Shown here piece after piece: positions 31,134 to 40,970 of a DNA stretch of 64,000 nucleotides (within the stretch, counting starts at the first letter, position 1; each line of letters begins with the position of its first letter). Source of the stretch: an uncultured Phycisphaeraceae bacterium. GTDB taxonomy: Bacteria; Planctomycetota; Phycisphaerae; Phycisphaerales; UBA1924. Below the pieces are notes generated by a model. It searched no databases and had not been told where the DNA came from. It was given only the letters and a program-made list of their open reading frames with translations. The stretch is taken from assembly GCA_964484185.1 (NCBI GenBank), contig CAZAEQ010000002.1, positions 144,013 through 208,012 on the forward strand, in the 5' to 3' direction. A program made the position numbers and the translations under genes.

Positions 31134-32030
31134 TCAGCGCGGATTGTTCGCCCAGCCGTACGGCTGAATGAATCCAAATCGCCAGTCGTTGTCGGAAATT
31201 GAGTACCACTGTGTCTTATTCGAAACGAAAAGATCCAGACATTCGAAATCGGCGGTGCGATTCACGTTGAGTTCCATCCGGTCGGTTGGCGCTTTAAACA
31301 GCTCGGACGAACCATCAAGATTCGCAACGTGTCCGGCGTCAAAGTGGCGCGAAGTCAACTGATCTTCATTACCGAACATCCCATCTCGATAAGTCTGATT
31401 CCAGCGGAACGAGCTCTCTTCCCAGAAAATCGGCATACCACGCATGCGATTGATCCGCGTGGCATTAACCTGGGGGAGCAGCCGGTAGTTGCTGTTGTCG
31501 GCTGGAGGAACGTATCCAACCCACGCCTGGGTGTAGAGTTTAAATCCTTCCAACTCATCGAGCATTGTGTAGTCAAATTCAACACCGGTTCGAGATCCGA
31601 ACATGTTCAGCCATTCATTACCGGTGACAGTTCTCCGCTTGTTGGTCGGGCACGCAGCGAGTTCATGCATGTTCTGAACGTACTGATACATCAACCCAGG
31701 CAAACGCTCGCGGGTGACGGGGTCGATCTGCTGTGCCCACAGTGCAACATTGGTCGCTGGCGGCGCGCCTGGCGGGGGGTTCATTTCCGGAAGCCAGACC
31801 CTCGTTCCAGCCGCATCGCGGTTGGCAACAGGCCAAACCTGGTCCTTCCAGTCAATTGCATACAAGGTCGCCGCGATCGAAAACTGCCGCATGTTCGAAA
31901 GGCACCGAACCTGATGTGCCGCCGCTCTCCCTTTTCCCAGCGCAGGCAGCAGGATCGCAATCAACAACGCGATGATCGCAATAACAACCAGCAACTCGAT
32001 AAGAGTAAAACCGACTCGGCGAATGCTCAT
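31134..32030 (-). CDS. DUF1559 domain protein with a prepilin-type N-terminal cleavage/methylation domain (Planctomycetota-typical)
   Basis: [26 protein letters not shown]-terminus. The C-terminal DGSS...HxxxxxxxxxDG-type motif ([14 protein letters not shown]) is characteristic of DUF1559. Confidence 0.8.
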   Translation of the reverse strand: MSIRRVGFTLIELLVVIAIIALLIAILLPALGKGRAAAHQVRCLSNMRQFSIAATLYAIDWKDQVWPVANRDAAGTRVWLPEMNPPPGAPPATNVALWAQQIDPVTRERLPGLMYQYVQNMHELAACPTNKRRTVTGNEWLNMFGSRTGVEFDYTMLDELEGFKLYTQAWVGYVPPADNSNYRLLPQVNATRINRMRGMPIFWEESSFRWNQTYRDGMFGNEDQLTSRHFDAGHVANLDGSSELFKAPTDRMELNVNRTADFECLDLFVSNKTQWYSISDNDWRFGFIQPYGWANNPR

Positions 32031-32108
32031 AAATTGGTCCTTCCGACTCACAGCATAGCAAAAAACTGCCGGAGGCAACAACAGTATGTCTGCACTACAC
32101 TCGGAAAC

Positions 32109-33269
32109 ATGTCTTTCCGGCCCACATCCCCTCCACCACTTCGGCCAAATCCGCTCGCGCTCACCAGCGACGCCTTTGTCGCAGCGGGTGCTTTGATCAA
32201 GGGTTATGGCCCGCAGTTCGCCATGGAAGACTATCGGTCAGTATTTCGTAAGGGTGATTTTTCGCACGGAGGTTTGATCTCTCTGCCAAAGCTGGCAAAA
32301 CTGCACGAAGAAGAGGGCGACGAAGGCACAGTCTCAAAGTTCCTGCTTCGGGTGCCGGGGACCGAACGCGTCACGGTGGCTGAGGGAGACCTTCCGGCCG
32401 GGCTCGACACTGAAAGCGTCCTGATCCCGATGATCGGACGTCTGGGCCGCCGGACCTACTCACTTTGCGTCTCTTCCCAGGTTGGCTGCGCCATGGGCTG
32501 CACCTTTTGCGAGACCGCCCAGATGGGGCTGATCCGCTCGCTGACCGCGGCCGAAATCGTCGCCCAATGGTTCACCGCAACTCACGTACTGAAGCGTCGG
32601 CCGGCCAACATTGTCTTCATGGGAATGGGCGAACCGCTCGACAATCTTGATGAAGTGCTGCAGGCAATCGCAATCCTCATCGATCACAACGGCGCGGCGG
32701 TACCTGCGAGCAAGATCACACTCTCTACGGTTGGCCGCGTAGATGGCCTGCGCCGTCTGGCAGAGAAAGTTCACGAGCCGGGCTGGAGACGACTCAACAT
32801 CGCCCTTTCGCTCAACGCTGCCCAGGATACAACCCGCGATTCCATCATGCCCATCAATCGCAAATGGAATCTTGCCGAGCTTCAGGACACATTCATGAAG
32901 TTTCCCCGCTACGGCGGCGGTAAGCTCATGTTTGAATACGTCCTCATTCCCAGTGTCAACGACTCAGTCGCCGATGCTCAGGCCGTCGCCGATTTCATCG
33001 CGCCGTTTCGACTTGCTGATGGCCGCCACCGCGTCTGCCTGAATCTCATTCCTTACAACCCGCGCCGCAATTCACCATGGCGTGCGCCGCTCGATGAAGA
33101 AGTCACCGGTTTCATGGAGCAGCTTAAATCGCGCGAGGTCTACGTGAAACGCCGCCGCACAAAGGGGCGAACCATGATGGGAGCATGTGGTCAGCTGGGA
33201 AACGAGCAAATCCGCGGCCGCAAACTTGTGCAGCTCAGCATTTCCAGTCCTGCAGCTGAAGCAACTTAA
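32109..33269 (+). CDS. rlmN: 23S rRNA (adenine2503-C2)-methyltransferase RlmN, radical SAM
   Basis: [19 protein letters not shown] (CxxxCxxC), [22 protein letters not shown] and the ACGQLGNE C-terminus. The 780-bp upstream extension of the called ORF overlaps the opposite-strand DUF1559 gene and is discarded. Confidence 0.88.
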   Translation: MSFRPTSPPPLRPNPLALTSDAFVAAGALIKGYGPQFAMEDYRSVFRKGDFSHGGLISLPKLAKLHEEEGDEGTVSKFLLRVPGTERVTVAEGDLPAGLDTESVLIPMIGRLGRRTYSLCVSSQVGCAMGCTFCETAQMGLIRSLTAAEIVAQWFTATHVLKRRPANIVFMGMGEPLDNLDEVLQAIAILIDHNGAAVPASKITLSTVGRVDGLRRLAEKVHEPGWRRLNIALSLNAAQDTTRDSIMPINRKWNLAELQDTFMKFPRYGGGKLMFEYVLIPSVNDSVADAQAVADFIAPFRLADGRHRVCLNLIPYNPRRNSPWRAPLDEEVTGFMEQLKSREVYVKRRRTKGRTMMGACGQLGNEQIRGRKLVQLSISSPAAEAT

Positions 33270-33883
33270 TCCAATTTACGCGGCACAACTGACGAGATCA
33301 TTCGCACTGAATCGCTGGCCACGTCAGTACTGATCATCGTGTCGCGCAGGCCTGTAGGGTTCACAGTCATGTCCATCGTTGCAGCCCGCAATCGCGGACC
33401 CGCCTCGTACTCAAGCATAAAGCTGAATGCCTGCAAGTTCGAAATCAGTGGCCGCGCATCCTCATTCATCATGGTGCCGCTTGTGTAGTTCCTCACTACG
33501 TACCAAGCTTCATAAGGACCATTTTCTGCAACCGTTGCATCTCGACGCTCGAGACGAATGATCTGATAGGTGCCCGCAGCGTCATCGCGCGCTGATTCAA
33601 ACTCGATGAACGTGCTGGTCAGCGGATTCTGTGCCGAATCAAGCACGTCATCCGGGTAAGGTCCGAAATTCGTGCCGTTGCGGATCATCGCCGTTGTGCG
33701 CTGCATCATGATGCGTGCGATCACATTGTTCGACGCTGATTCGGTGATATAGCGATAGCCCTTGAACGACGCATCGAGCGCCGCCAAAGTCGCCGTAAGC
33801 AGCGTGGCCGTGATCACCAGGGCGACCATGATTTCAACCAGACTGAAGCCGCGACGATGTGTGACAGGTAAGTTCAATTTCAT
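33266..33883 (-). CDS. Pseudopilin / minor pilin with prepilin-type N-terminal methylation domain
   Basis: RRGFSLVEIMVALVITATLLTATLAAL N-terminus. Confidence 0.7.
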   Translation of the reverse strand: MKLNLPVTHRRGFSLVEIMVALVITATLLTATLAALDASFKGYRYITESASNNVIARIMMQRTTAMIRNGTNFGPYPDDVLDSAQNPLTSTFIEFESARDDAAGTYQIIRLERRDATVAENGPYEAWYVVRNYTSGTMMNEDARPLISNLQAFSFMLEYEAGPRLRAATMDMTVNPTGLRDTMISTDVASDSVRMISSVVPRKLD

Positions 33884-36843
33884 GGTCTGCCCTCGCGATA
33901 ACTACCCGCGATGACATCAGCGTGCATCGGGAGCATGATGCCGTTTGGCAGCGTCATGTTGGGATTGAATCGAAGTTGAATGCGGCCGTATCCATAGAAC
34001 GGAACTGCGGTTGAACCGCCTGGCTGAGGCGAAGTTGCCGCCACATCGGCGAGGCCATCACCATTGGTGTCCCAGCCGACGATGCGAACGCCGCCAACCA
34101 CGGGCAACGTCGCCGGGTCGAGCGATTCAGAGTCGCCGTCACTAGGACCAAAGTAACCGATGGTCGTGTTGTAGTTCGCGGTGTTCCCGACGGGGTTTCC
34201 CAAGACATCGATCATCGGGGCAGTGCCACGAACCGGGTTGAATGTCAGCAGCAAAGCGCCATCAAGTGAGACGTTGCCACGCATATCAAGCACGCCCGCA
34301 ACCACAGCGCCTGAAAGTTGCACGTTCTGGCTCGGTGGCGAGTTGAACGTTCCGATGTCTACCGAGTAGTTCGGGAGCATCATCGAACTCTTCGCGATTT
34401 CGGGCATGTCCGCGGCGTCAGGATTCTTGCTCGCATCTGACGGATAGTCAGGGTGCGTCTGTGTAAAGCGAGTGCTGCCCGTAAACTGCAGCTTGTTGCG
34501 AACCTGGGTGTAGATTCCCGGCTTGTCAGACACGATCGAGCCGACAACCAGGCAATCATGGAATCGTACATTATTTGAAACGGTCTTCGTATCGATCACA
34601 CGACGTCCCGCAATCACCAGCGGATCGGGTAACTGGCTGAAGTTGGTAATCGAGCCGGCGGAACTTGCGGGAACGTCCGCCTTATCCATCGGAGTACTCT
34701 GCGCCATGATGATCATCTGCGTCGGAGGAACGGCTGTCGATGGAAGCATCGTGGGATAACTGGTTTCGCCCCCGTTATCGCCATAGACCATGCGCACCAC
34801 GTTCGGAGCTGGCGTGCTTGAGCCGCTTGGAATCGTCAGTTTACCGTACTCGTTCCAGAGGACGTGGGTATTACCCGATGCGGTCTCAACGTGCGTTACA
34901 CCGATGAACTGACAGTTGCGGAACAGTGCATTTGTTCCCATCGGGATCTTCACATTGCGGAAGACCATGTTCTCGTAAACCGGCCGGTAGTACACATCTG
35001 TATACGCCGGACCGTTGTATGGCATTCTTTCCCAGTACGCCGTCGAATAGTTGTCCGGAAGCCCATCATAATTCGCATCGCCATCAACTCGCAGATATCG
35101 CGGCAGCGTCGAGCCTGCAGGCCTTGTTTCCACATACGTCGGCAACGCAGTGCTGGCGACACCGAGATTTGTCGCGACCTGGTTCGCAAACGAGGCGCCA
35201 TCGGCCATCGCCTTAAGCGCTGTTTCGCTTGAAGCAAATGTGTTCGAATCAAGCACCGGCAGATCGGTATCGTTTGCGCTGAAGGTTCGAGGAACATCGC
35301 CATCAGAAGCGCGGATCGGCCCGCGCAGTTTGGTTGCCAGGTTACCCTGAGCTGCAACCCAGCTGCCGCTGCTGGTCTTGAACACCAGCTTGCCGCGAAC
35401 CTTGCCATACAGGTCTTTGCGATCGATCACACCATCGCGATATCCAAGAATCTGGTCTCGATTGACAGCACGCGCAGTGTCATAATCGGTGAACGCTTCG
35501 CCGCTGTTCCACAGACCATTCTGATTGGTATCGGTGAAGCCCCAGATGTTGTTTCGATTACGGTCCGGGTTGCACATCTCAATCAGGAGCGCAAGATCGC
35601 TGTCAAGCGAATTGCCGCCGGAATCGAGGAATTCACCCGCCAAGGTCGAGTTAGGTGTACCCGCCGAGAGGCTTGTGTGCAAGGCCACTTTGCCGTCACG
35701 ATTCGCATCAAAGTGATTGATGAACACATCGAACTCGTCGACAAAGCCATCGCCGGTCACATCCGCAAACGCCCCGTCGGGCTGGCCATCGCCGTTGTAG
35801 TCGTTGCTGTTTGATGGCACCGCGCTGCCTTCGCTCGGGTGCGATACACGCAGGCGATTGTCGCCATCAACATCGCCAGTCTGCACAGCTGTGAAGAACG
35901 CGTTGAGCTTCAAGTCAAGCGTTGAATTCAATCCCAGGAAGTCCGAGCGAAGTACGAGCGGATCACCGTTCGTGCTGGTTACATCGGTGTAACGAGCGCC
36001 AAGATCGCCGGTCACCAGAACGTTCTTACCGATCTGAATGCGCGTCGGGCTCACGATCGCCTGCTTCACGCGCTTGCCCATGCGGAAGTCCTGCATCACC
36101 GTTCGAGTGATCGGTCCCGTCGTGCGCGAATAGTCAAAGTCATAGCCGGTCGCGATAATCCGCACATCGGTGCCGTTGGCGAGTGGTGCATAGATAATCG
36201 AGTACGATGGCGGCCGCGCTGAGCCGGTCTGTGCCTCAAGCCCCACCGCCGGTGAATACACCCAGTTGCTGCTGGCATATTCAGTGCCCACGCCCGTCAA
36301 TGCGCTGCCGATGGTTGCCACATCCACCGTTGCCACACCAGTCTGAACGTTGGCATCCGCCGCGTGCGCAAGCTGCAGAACCTCGGCCACTCCATCTGGC
36401 GAAGGAGATTCCATTGCCGCGTACTTGGGCGCACTCACCGTAAAAACTTCGCCGCTGGGAATATTGCCTGCCCACACCTGTGTGGCAAAAGTACCACTAA
36501 TGTCAGAGTTCGAAACGATAAACCTTGAAGTTGCCTGCTGCAGCCGCTTTGCTGCCACCGCAAGCCCGGTCTCGGCCGCACCCTGGGCACGCATCACGTG
36601 CAAGTGTGTTGCCGCAGTTCTCAAATTTCCTCGACTTGCAATCGCCATCGCCGCCGCCAGCGAGCTGAACAATACCAGGAACATCATTGCAAGTATGGTC
36701 GCGACACCGCGATCCTGCTTTTTGCCCTTGCGTGCGCCCCTGAGTGCGTGACCACGCCCTTGTGCACAGCCAGCCCGCGATAACAGGTCATCGCGCTTTG
36801 ACAACGTGCGACATGAGTTGTGATTCAATTGCATTTCCGGCAT
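33880..36843 (-). CDS. Giant (about 990 aa) PilX-N-like pilus-associated protein, putative tip adhesin
   Basis: N-terminal basic region plus hydrophobic helix (RGARKGKKQDRGVATILAMMFLVLFSSLAAAMAIASRGNLRTAATH) resembling the PilX N-terminal domain. It lies inside the pilus gene cluster. The remainder is a large domain, probably rich in beta-strands. Confidence 0.55.
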   Translation of the reverse strand: MPEMQLNHNSCRTLSKRDDLLSRAGCAQGRGHALRGARKGKKQDRGVATILAMMFLVLFSSLAAAMAIASRGNLRTAATHLHVMRAQGAAETGLAVAAKRLQQATSRFIVSNSDISGTFATQVWAGNIPSGEVFTVSAPKYAAMESPSPDGVAEVLQLAHAADANVQTGVATVDVATIGSALTGVGTEYASSNWVYSPAVGLEAQTGSARPPSYSIIYAPLANGTDVRIIATGYDFDYSRTTGPITRTVMQDFRMGKRVKQAIVSPTRIQIGKNVLVTGDLGARYTDVTSTNGDPLVLRSDFLGLNSTLDLKLNAFFTAVQTGDVDGDNRLRVSHPSEGSAVPSNSNDYNGDGQPDGAFADVTGDGFVDEFDVFINHFDANRDGKVALHTSLSAGTPNSTLAGEFLDSGGNSLDSDLALLIEMCNPDRNRNNIWGFTDTNQNGLWNSGEAFTDYDTARAVNRDQILGYRDGVIDRKDLYGKVRGKLVFKTSSGSWVAAQGNLATKLRGPIRASDGDVPRTFSANDTDLPVLDSNTFASSETALKAMADGASFANQVATNLGVASTALPTYVETRPAGSTLPRYLRVDGDANYDGLPDNYSTAYWERMPYNGPAYTDVYYRPVYENMVFRNVKIPMGTNALFRNCQFIGVTHVETASGNTHVLWNEYGKLTIPSGSSTPAPNVVRMVYGDNGGETSYPTMLPSTAVPPTQMIIMAQSTPMDKADVPASSAGSITNFSQLPDPLVIAGRRVIDTKTVSNNVRFHDCLVVGSIVSDKPGIYTQVRNKLQFTGSTRFTQTHPDYPSDASKNPDAADMPEIAKSSMMLPNYSVDIGTFNSPPSQNVQLSGAVVAGVLDMRGNVSLDGALLLTFNPVRGTAPMIDVLGNPVGNTANYNTTIGYFGPSDGDSESLDPATLPVVGGVRIVGWDTNGDGLADVAATSPQPGGSTAVPFYGYGRIQLRFNPNMTLPNGIMLPMHADVIAGSYREGRP

Positions 36844-36856
36844 TCCTTCCGCCTGA

Positions 36857-37522
36857 TTACTCAGGCACAATCCACGAAACGTGGGTCATTTCGCTGGGAG
36901 TCGAATCCAGCGGACCCTGATAGAACACTGTCACCGTCACACGCAAGGGAAATTTGTCCATGGCGCGACCCGGGTTGCCGCCGCTTGCGGCCACCGAATA
37001 CGCTGGCGTGCGCACCGTGGTGTTATTGGTCGCGTCAACCTTTTCAACCGTGACTTCCTGCGACCAGCCGCGGAGGGCAATCGAAACGCCATCCACAAGC
37101 AACGGCGCACCAGTTGAATCAAGCTCAGGGATCACTTCCCCAAACGCGTTCACCGGTCCATCCATATTGCCGCTTGCGCCAAACCTCAGCCCGTCGTAAT
37201 CGTCAACATCATCAAGGTCCCAGATCACTGACTCACCCGAGTCCCGGCCCCAGCCCACAACCGTGCTGCCGCTCAACACCAACCCGTTCACCGGATCGTG
37301 CCTCGACAACTTACTCATGCGCTCGCGCACTTCATTGGCAAGGAACGTCGCCGTTGCTGCCTGGCTCGACCAGCCGTTACTCTTCATGAACGACTGCTGT
37401 GCTTCAACAAACGCAAGCACGCCAACGCCCAGAATCACCAACGTCATCGCTGATTCAAGCAGCGTAAATCCGCGGCGTGTGCGCCCGCGCTTTCGCTGCA
37501 ATTTCAACTTCGCGCCAACCAT
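36857..37522 (-). CDS. Pseudopilin (PilV/GspH-like), prepilin-type N-terminal methylation domain
   Basis: RRGFTLLESAMTLVILGVGVLAFVEAQ; start at the internal ATG (MVGAKLKL). Confidence 0.65.
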   Translation of the reverse strand: MVGAKLKLQRKRGRTRRGFTLLESAMTLVILGVGVLAFVEAQQSFMKSNGWSSQAATATFLANEVRERMSKLSRHDPVNGLVLSGSTVVGWGRDSGESVIWDLDDVDDYDGLRFGASGNMDGPVNAFGEVIPELDSTGAPLLVDGVSIALRGWSQEVTVEKVDATNNTTVRTPAYSVAASGGNPGRAMDKFPLRVTVTVFYQGPLDSTPSEMTHVSWIVPE

Positions 37523-37571
37523 GGAGACTCCTCGTCTCCCCACTGCTGGGGATTCCATCGACTCTTTTCGA

Positions 37572-38798
37572 CTACTTCACAAGCGAGCTCATCTTGAAGA
37601 TTGGCAGAATGATGGCCATGGCGATAAAACCGACCACGGTACCCATCAGAATGATCATGATGGGTTCGATCATCGATGTCACTGCTTTAATCGCGTCCCG
37701 TAACTGCTTCGAGTAGTAGTTCGAAACTTCGTCCAGCACTTCGCCCAGCTTACCGGACTCTTCACCCGCGGCGATCATCTGTGACACACTCTTGGGGAGC
37801 AACGGGTCCTTCGTCAGGACCGTCGCGATCTTCTTACCCGTCTTCACGGCATTGTGCACGCGCATCCACATGCCCTTGTACATCTGATTGCCGGAAATCT
37901 CACCCGTGATTCGCAGCGTGTCGAGCATCGGCACGCCGGCGTTGATCAACTGTCCAAACGTCTGCAGTGAACGGCTGATATACAGAGCGCGGAACATGGT
38001 CCGCAGTACCGGCACCATCAGCTTCAACTTGTCGGCCCAGAAGGCGCCAACTTCGGTCTTCAAGATCGCAAACAAACCGCCAGCCATCAGCACAAGCCCG
38101 CCCAGCAGAAAGTACCAGTTCGCAACCACGAACTTTGAAATTCCCATCAGGAACTTCGTCGCCCATGGCAGAATATCTTCCTTGCCTTCGAAAACCGTGT
38201 AGAACCGCGGCAACACGAACGTCAACAGGAACACCGTCACGCCGATCGCCATCGTTCCGATGATCCCGGGATAGATCGCCGCACCCACAACCATCTTGCG
38301 AGTCTCGATCTGCTGACCGATATAGCCGGCGATTCGATCCAGCATCTTGCTGAACGAGCCAGACATTTCTGACGCGCGCACCATGTTGATGTACAACGGA
38401 TTGAAGAGCTTTGGGTGCTTCGCAAGCGCTTCAGAGAACTGCTTGCCGCCTTCCACATCTTCTTTCAGTCCAGCGATGATCTTGCGAAATCCCGGGTGAA
38501 CCGTCTGCTCAGCAATACCATCGAGTGCTGAACGCAGATTGATACCAGCTCGCACCATAACTGCCAGCTGACTCGTGAAATCCAGCACGTGCTTCTGGCC
38601 AATGCTGCCAGCGTTCATCTCCGCCATCTTTGCCATGAGCCCGCTGCTGTTCGCCATAAGGCCCGCGCCCGACAACGACATCACATGCAAGCCCTGGTTG
38701 CGCAATACCGTCGCGGCGGAAGTGACGTTTTCAGCGGCGACCACGCCGCTGGATACGACTCCCGAACTGTTTCTTGCTGAATACTTGTAACTAGGCAT
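37572..38798 (-). CDS. Type II secretion / type IV pilus platform protein (GspF/PilC family)
   Basis: Two T2SSF repeats and three TM segments. Typical length (408 aa). Confidence 0.88.
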   Translation of the reverse strand: MPSYKYSARNSSGVVSSGVVAAENVTSAATVLRNQGLHVMSLSGAGLMANSSGLMAKMAEMNAGSIGQKHVLDFTSQLAVMVRAGINLRSALDGIAEQTVHPGFRKIIAGLKEDVEGGKQFSEALAKHPKLFNPLYINMVRASEMSGSFSKMLDRIAGYIGQQIETRKMVVGAAIYPGIIGTMAIGVTVFLLTFVLPRFYTVFEGKEDILPWATKFLMGISKFVVANWYFLLGGLVLMAGGLFAILKTEVGAFWADKLKLMVPVLRTMFRALYISRSLQTFGQLINAGVPMLDTLRITGEISGNQMYKGMWMRVHNAVKTGKKIATVLTKDPLLPKSVSQMIAAGEESGKLGEVLDEVSNYYSKQLRDAIKAVTSMIEPIMIILMGTVVGFIAMAIILPIFKMSSLVK

Positions 38799-38828
38799 GT
38801 CCTGTCTCCAGTCTTAATGTCCACACTC

Positions 38829-39884
38829 TTACGCCGCGAGTTGACGTTCCAGCTTGTCAGGATGAGCCGCCGCTGCGATAGCGTCGTCTCGGCTGATCAT
38901 GCCGTTGAAGTACAACTCTGCGATCGAGCTGTCCATTGACTGCATGCCGATTGCTCGACTGGTCTCGATAACGTTTGGAATTTCAAAGGTGCGTGCTTCA
39001 CGAACCAGGTTTCGTACTGCTGGAGTACACAGCAGAATTTCAACACCAGGAACCATGCCCTTGCGATCTACACGGCTGAACAACGTCTGCGAGATAACCG
39101 CCTGCAGAGTGTTCGAAAGCATGGCGCGAATCTGATTCTGCTGATTCGCTGGATACATGTCGATGATTCGTTCCACCGTCTGCGAGGCGTTGACTGTGTG
39201 CAACGTCGAAAGCACCAAGTGGCCCGTTTCCGCGGCGGAGATAGCCAGCGCGGTCGTTTCCGGATCGCGCATTTCGCCGACGAGAATAATGTCCGGGTCC
39301 TGACGCAATGCGTGCTTCAAACCTGATGCAAAGCTGGGCATGTCAGCGCCAAGTTCGCGCTGCTCAATCAGACACTTATCACTCTTGAATGCGTATTCGA
39401 TTGGATCTTCCAGCGTCAAGATGTGCTTGCGATACCGCTGATTCATACCTTCGATCATCGCCGCCAGCGTGGTTGATTTACCCGAACCGGTGTCACCTGT
39501 CACTAGCACCAGCCCGCGCGGCAGATACGTCAAGCGCTCAATCACCTTGGGCAAACTCAGCTTTTCCAGCGGCGGGACTTTCGTCTTGATCGCACGCATC
39601 GCCATCGCCAGGCCGCCGCGCTGCACGTGTGCATTCACACGATAACGAGACAGGCCATCTACGGCAAATGAGAAGTCGAGATCCTTCTGGCGATCAAACT
39701 GCGGCCACATTTCCTTGGGTGCCATCATCTCAAAGAAAGTTCTCGCGTGTTCACGCGTGATCAGCGGATAGTCCATCGGAGTAACAACCTGGTGCACACG
39801 CATCGTCGGCGCGTGGCCAGCAACAAGGTGAACGTCGGAGGCATCGGCATCGAACGCTGATTTGAGAATCTGTAGCAAGTCCAT
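38829..39884 (-). CDS. pilT: Type IV pilus retraction ATPase PilT
   Basis: Aligns along its length with canonical PilT: GLVLVTGDTGSGKSTTLAAMI (Walker A), DPDIILVGEMRD (Walker B), TGHLVLSTLHT, AIRNLVRE. Start at the internal ATG (MDLLQILK). Confidence 0.9.
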   Translation of the reverse strand: MDLLQILKSAFDADASDVHLVAGHAPTMRVHQVVTPMDYPLITREHARTFFEMMAPKEMWPQFDRQKDLDFSFAVDGLSRYRVNAHVQRGGLAMAMRAIKTKVPPLEKLSLPKVIERLTYLPRGLVLVTGDTGSGKSTTLAAMIEGMNQRYRKHILTLEDPIEYAFKSDKCLIEQRELGADMPSFASGLKHALRQDPDIILVGEMRDPETTALAISAAETGHLVLSTLHTVNASQTVERIIDMYPANQQNQIRAMLSNTLQAVISQTLFSRVDRKGMVPGVEILLCTPAVRNLVREARTFEIPNVIETSRAIGMQSMDSSIAELYFNGMISRDDAIAAAAHPDKLERQLAA

Positions 39885-40080
39885 GAACGTTCCCTTCTCT
39901 TTGAATTCGTGTGAATTCAGGCGTGCGCAATCACTCACCGCGCTCAATCGCCGGCAAGTTCCACCCTTTGAATCGGACTATTTCGGACCAGCGTTTATCT
40001 GCCCCATCGCACATCCATGCCGGTCATACCGACTGCGCCGACTGGAGCACTCCGTCCTGATAACTCAAACTCCAGACGTC

Positions 40081-40112
40081 CAAATAAAAACCGGGCAATC
40101 AATTTGCCCGGC
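40081..40112 (-). terminator. Rho-independent terminator downstream of the SRPBCC gene (minus strand)
   Basis: Stem ccgggcaa / ttgcccgg. On the minus strand it is followed by tttttatttg. Confidence 0.5.
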
Positions 40113-40141
40113 TCATTCAATCCCAGGTTATTTCGAGCGGA

Positions 40142-40786
40142 TTAGAACCCGTCGTTCATGCCAACATTTGACCCATTCGGGTTATTGTGCGGCATCATCG
40201 GAACCGGTCCAGTCGGGCGGCTCTCTACCCACTTCTTGAGGTTCTCCCCAAAGATGGTCTTCCAGCCATTGAGCAGGTTTTCTTCAAACCCTTCGCTACC
40301 TGCGCCCATGACAGCATCCACAACTTTGAACAGCGTTCCGTTGCCCTGTGGCTCGAGTGTAATTTCCAAAGTGCTCATGCTCGGTCCGCCAAAGGTTGGC
40401 GTCAGGTGTCCAAGCAGTGTCAGGCTCGTGGGTGCACACACGCCGATGACTGAGTACCAGATCACGCCGCCGCCACGTCCGAAGTCTTCGCCAACCAGCC
40501 CGCCCAGCTTCGCCATGATCACGAACCGCTGCGTGCGTTCGCTGGTGTAGAAACTCTTGGGCCACCAGTTGCTGGTCTCGCGGGTCAAACAGAACCACAC
40601 GCGATCAGGAGCTGCATTAATCGGAGTTTCAAATTCGACACGTGTGATGGTCACGCCGGTCACAGCAGCAGTGCTTGTTGTCGCTGAGGCCACTTCAACA
40701 TCATCCGCTTCAACTTCAACAGCCTTCGCCACTTTCTTTGTCGTCGCCTTCGATTTCGGTTCCGCCTTCTTGGTTTTCGTCGCCAC
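40142..40786 (-). CDS. SRPBCC-fold (AHSA1/polyketide-cyclase-like) protein with a Lys/Ala-rich N-terminal tail
   Basis: The core INAAPDRVWFCLTRETSNWWPKSF...GGPSMSTLEITLEPQGNGTLF fits the SRPBCC pattern. Confidence 0.5.
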   Translation of the reverse strand: MATKTKKAEPKSKATTKKVAKAVEVEADDVEVASATTSTAAVTGVTITRVEFETPINAAPDRVWFCLTRETSNWWPKSFYTSERTQRFVIMAKLGGLVGEDFGRGGGVIWYSVIGVCAPTSLTLLGHLTPTFGGPSMSTLEITLEPQGNGTLFKVVDAVMGAGSEGFEENLLNGWKTIFGENLKKWVESRPTGPVPMMPHNNPNGSNVGMNDGF

Positions 40787-40970
40787 TAGTCAACCTTTCG
40801 GTGCATCCCCGGTTCCCGCACGTTTATCAACGCACAATCGACACCCCGTGCGGCAATCTCTGGGGGACTAGACAATAGCCCATCGCCCGACCCTTTGCCA
40901 CCGCTGCTGTGCCGCCTTATTTGCGGTTTTCGCATATAAACTCCCAGTTTCCGATATCCTCTGGAACACA

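Noticed and set aside
31329-32108. 260-codon N-terminal extension of the rlmN ORF as called in the track.
   Set aside because: It overlaps the opposite-strand DUF1559 gene and its translation has no RlmN similarity. The canonical RlmN N-terminus begins at the ATG at 32109.
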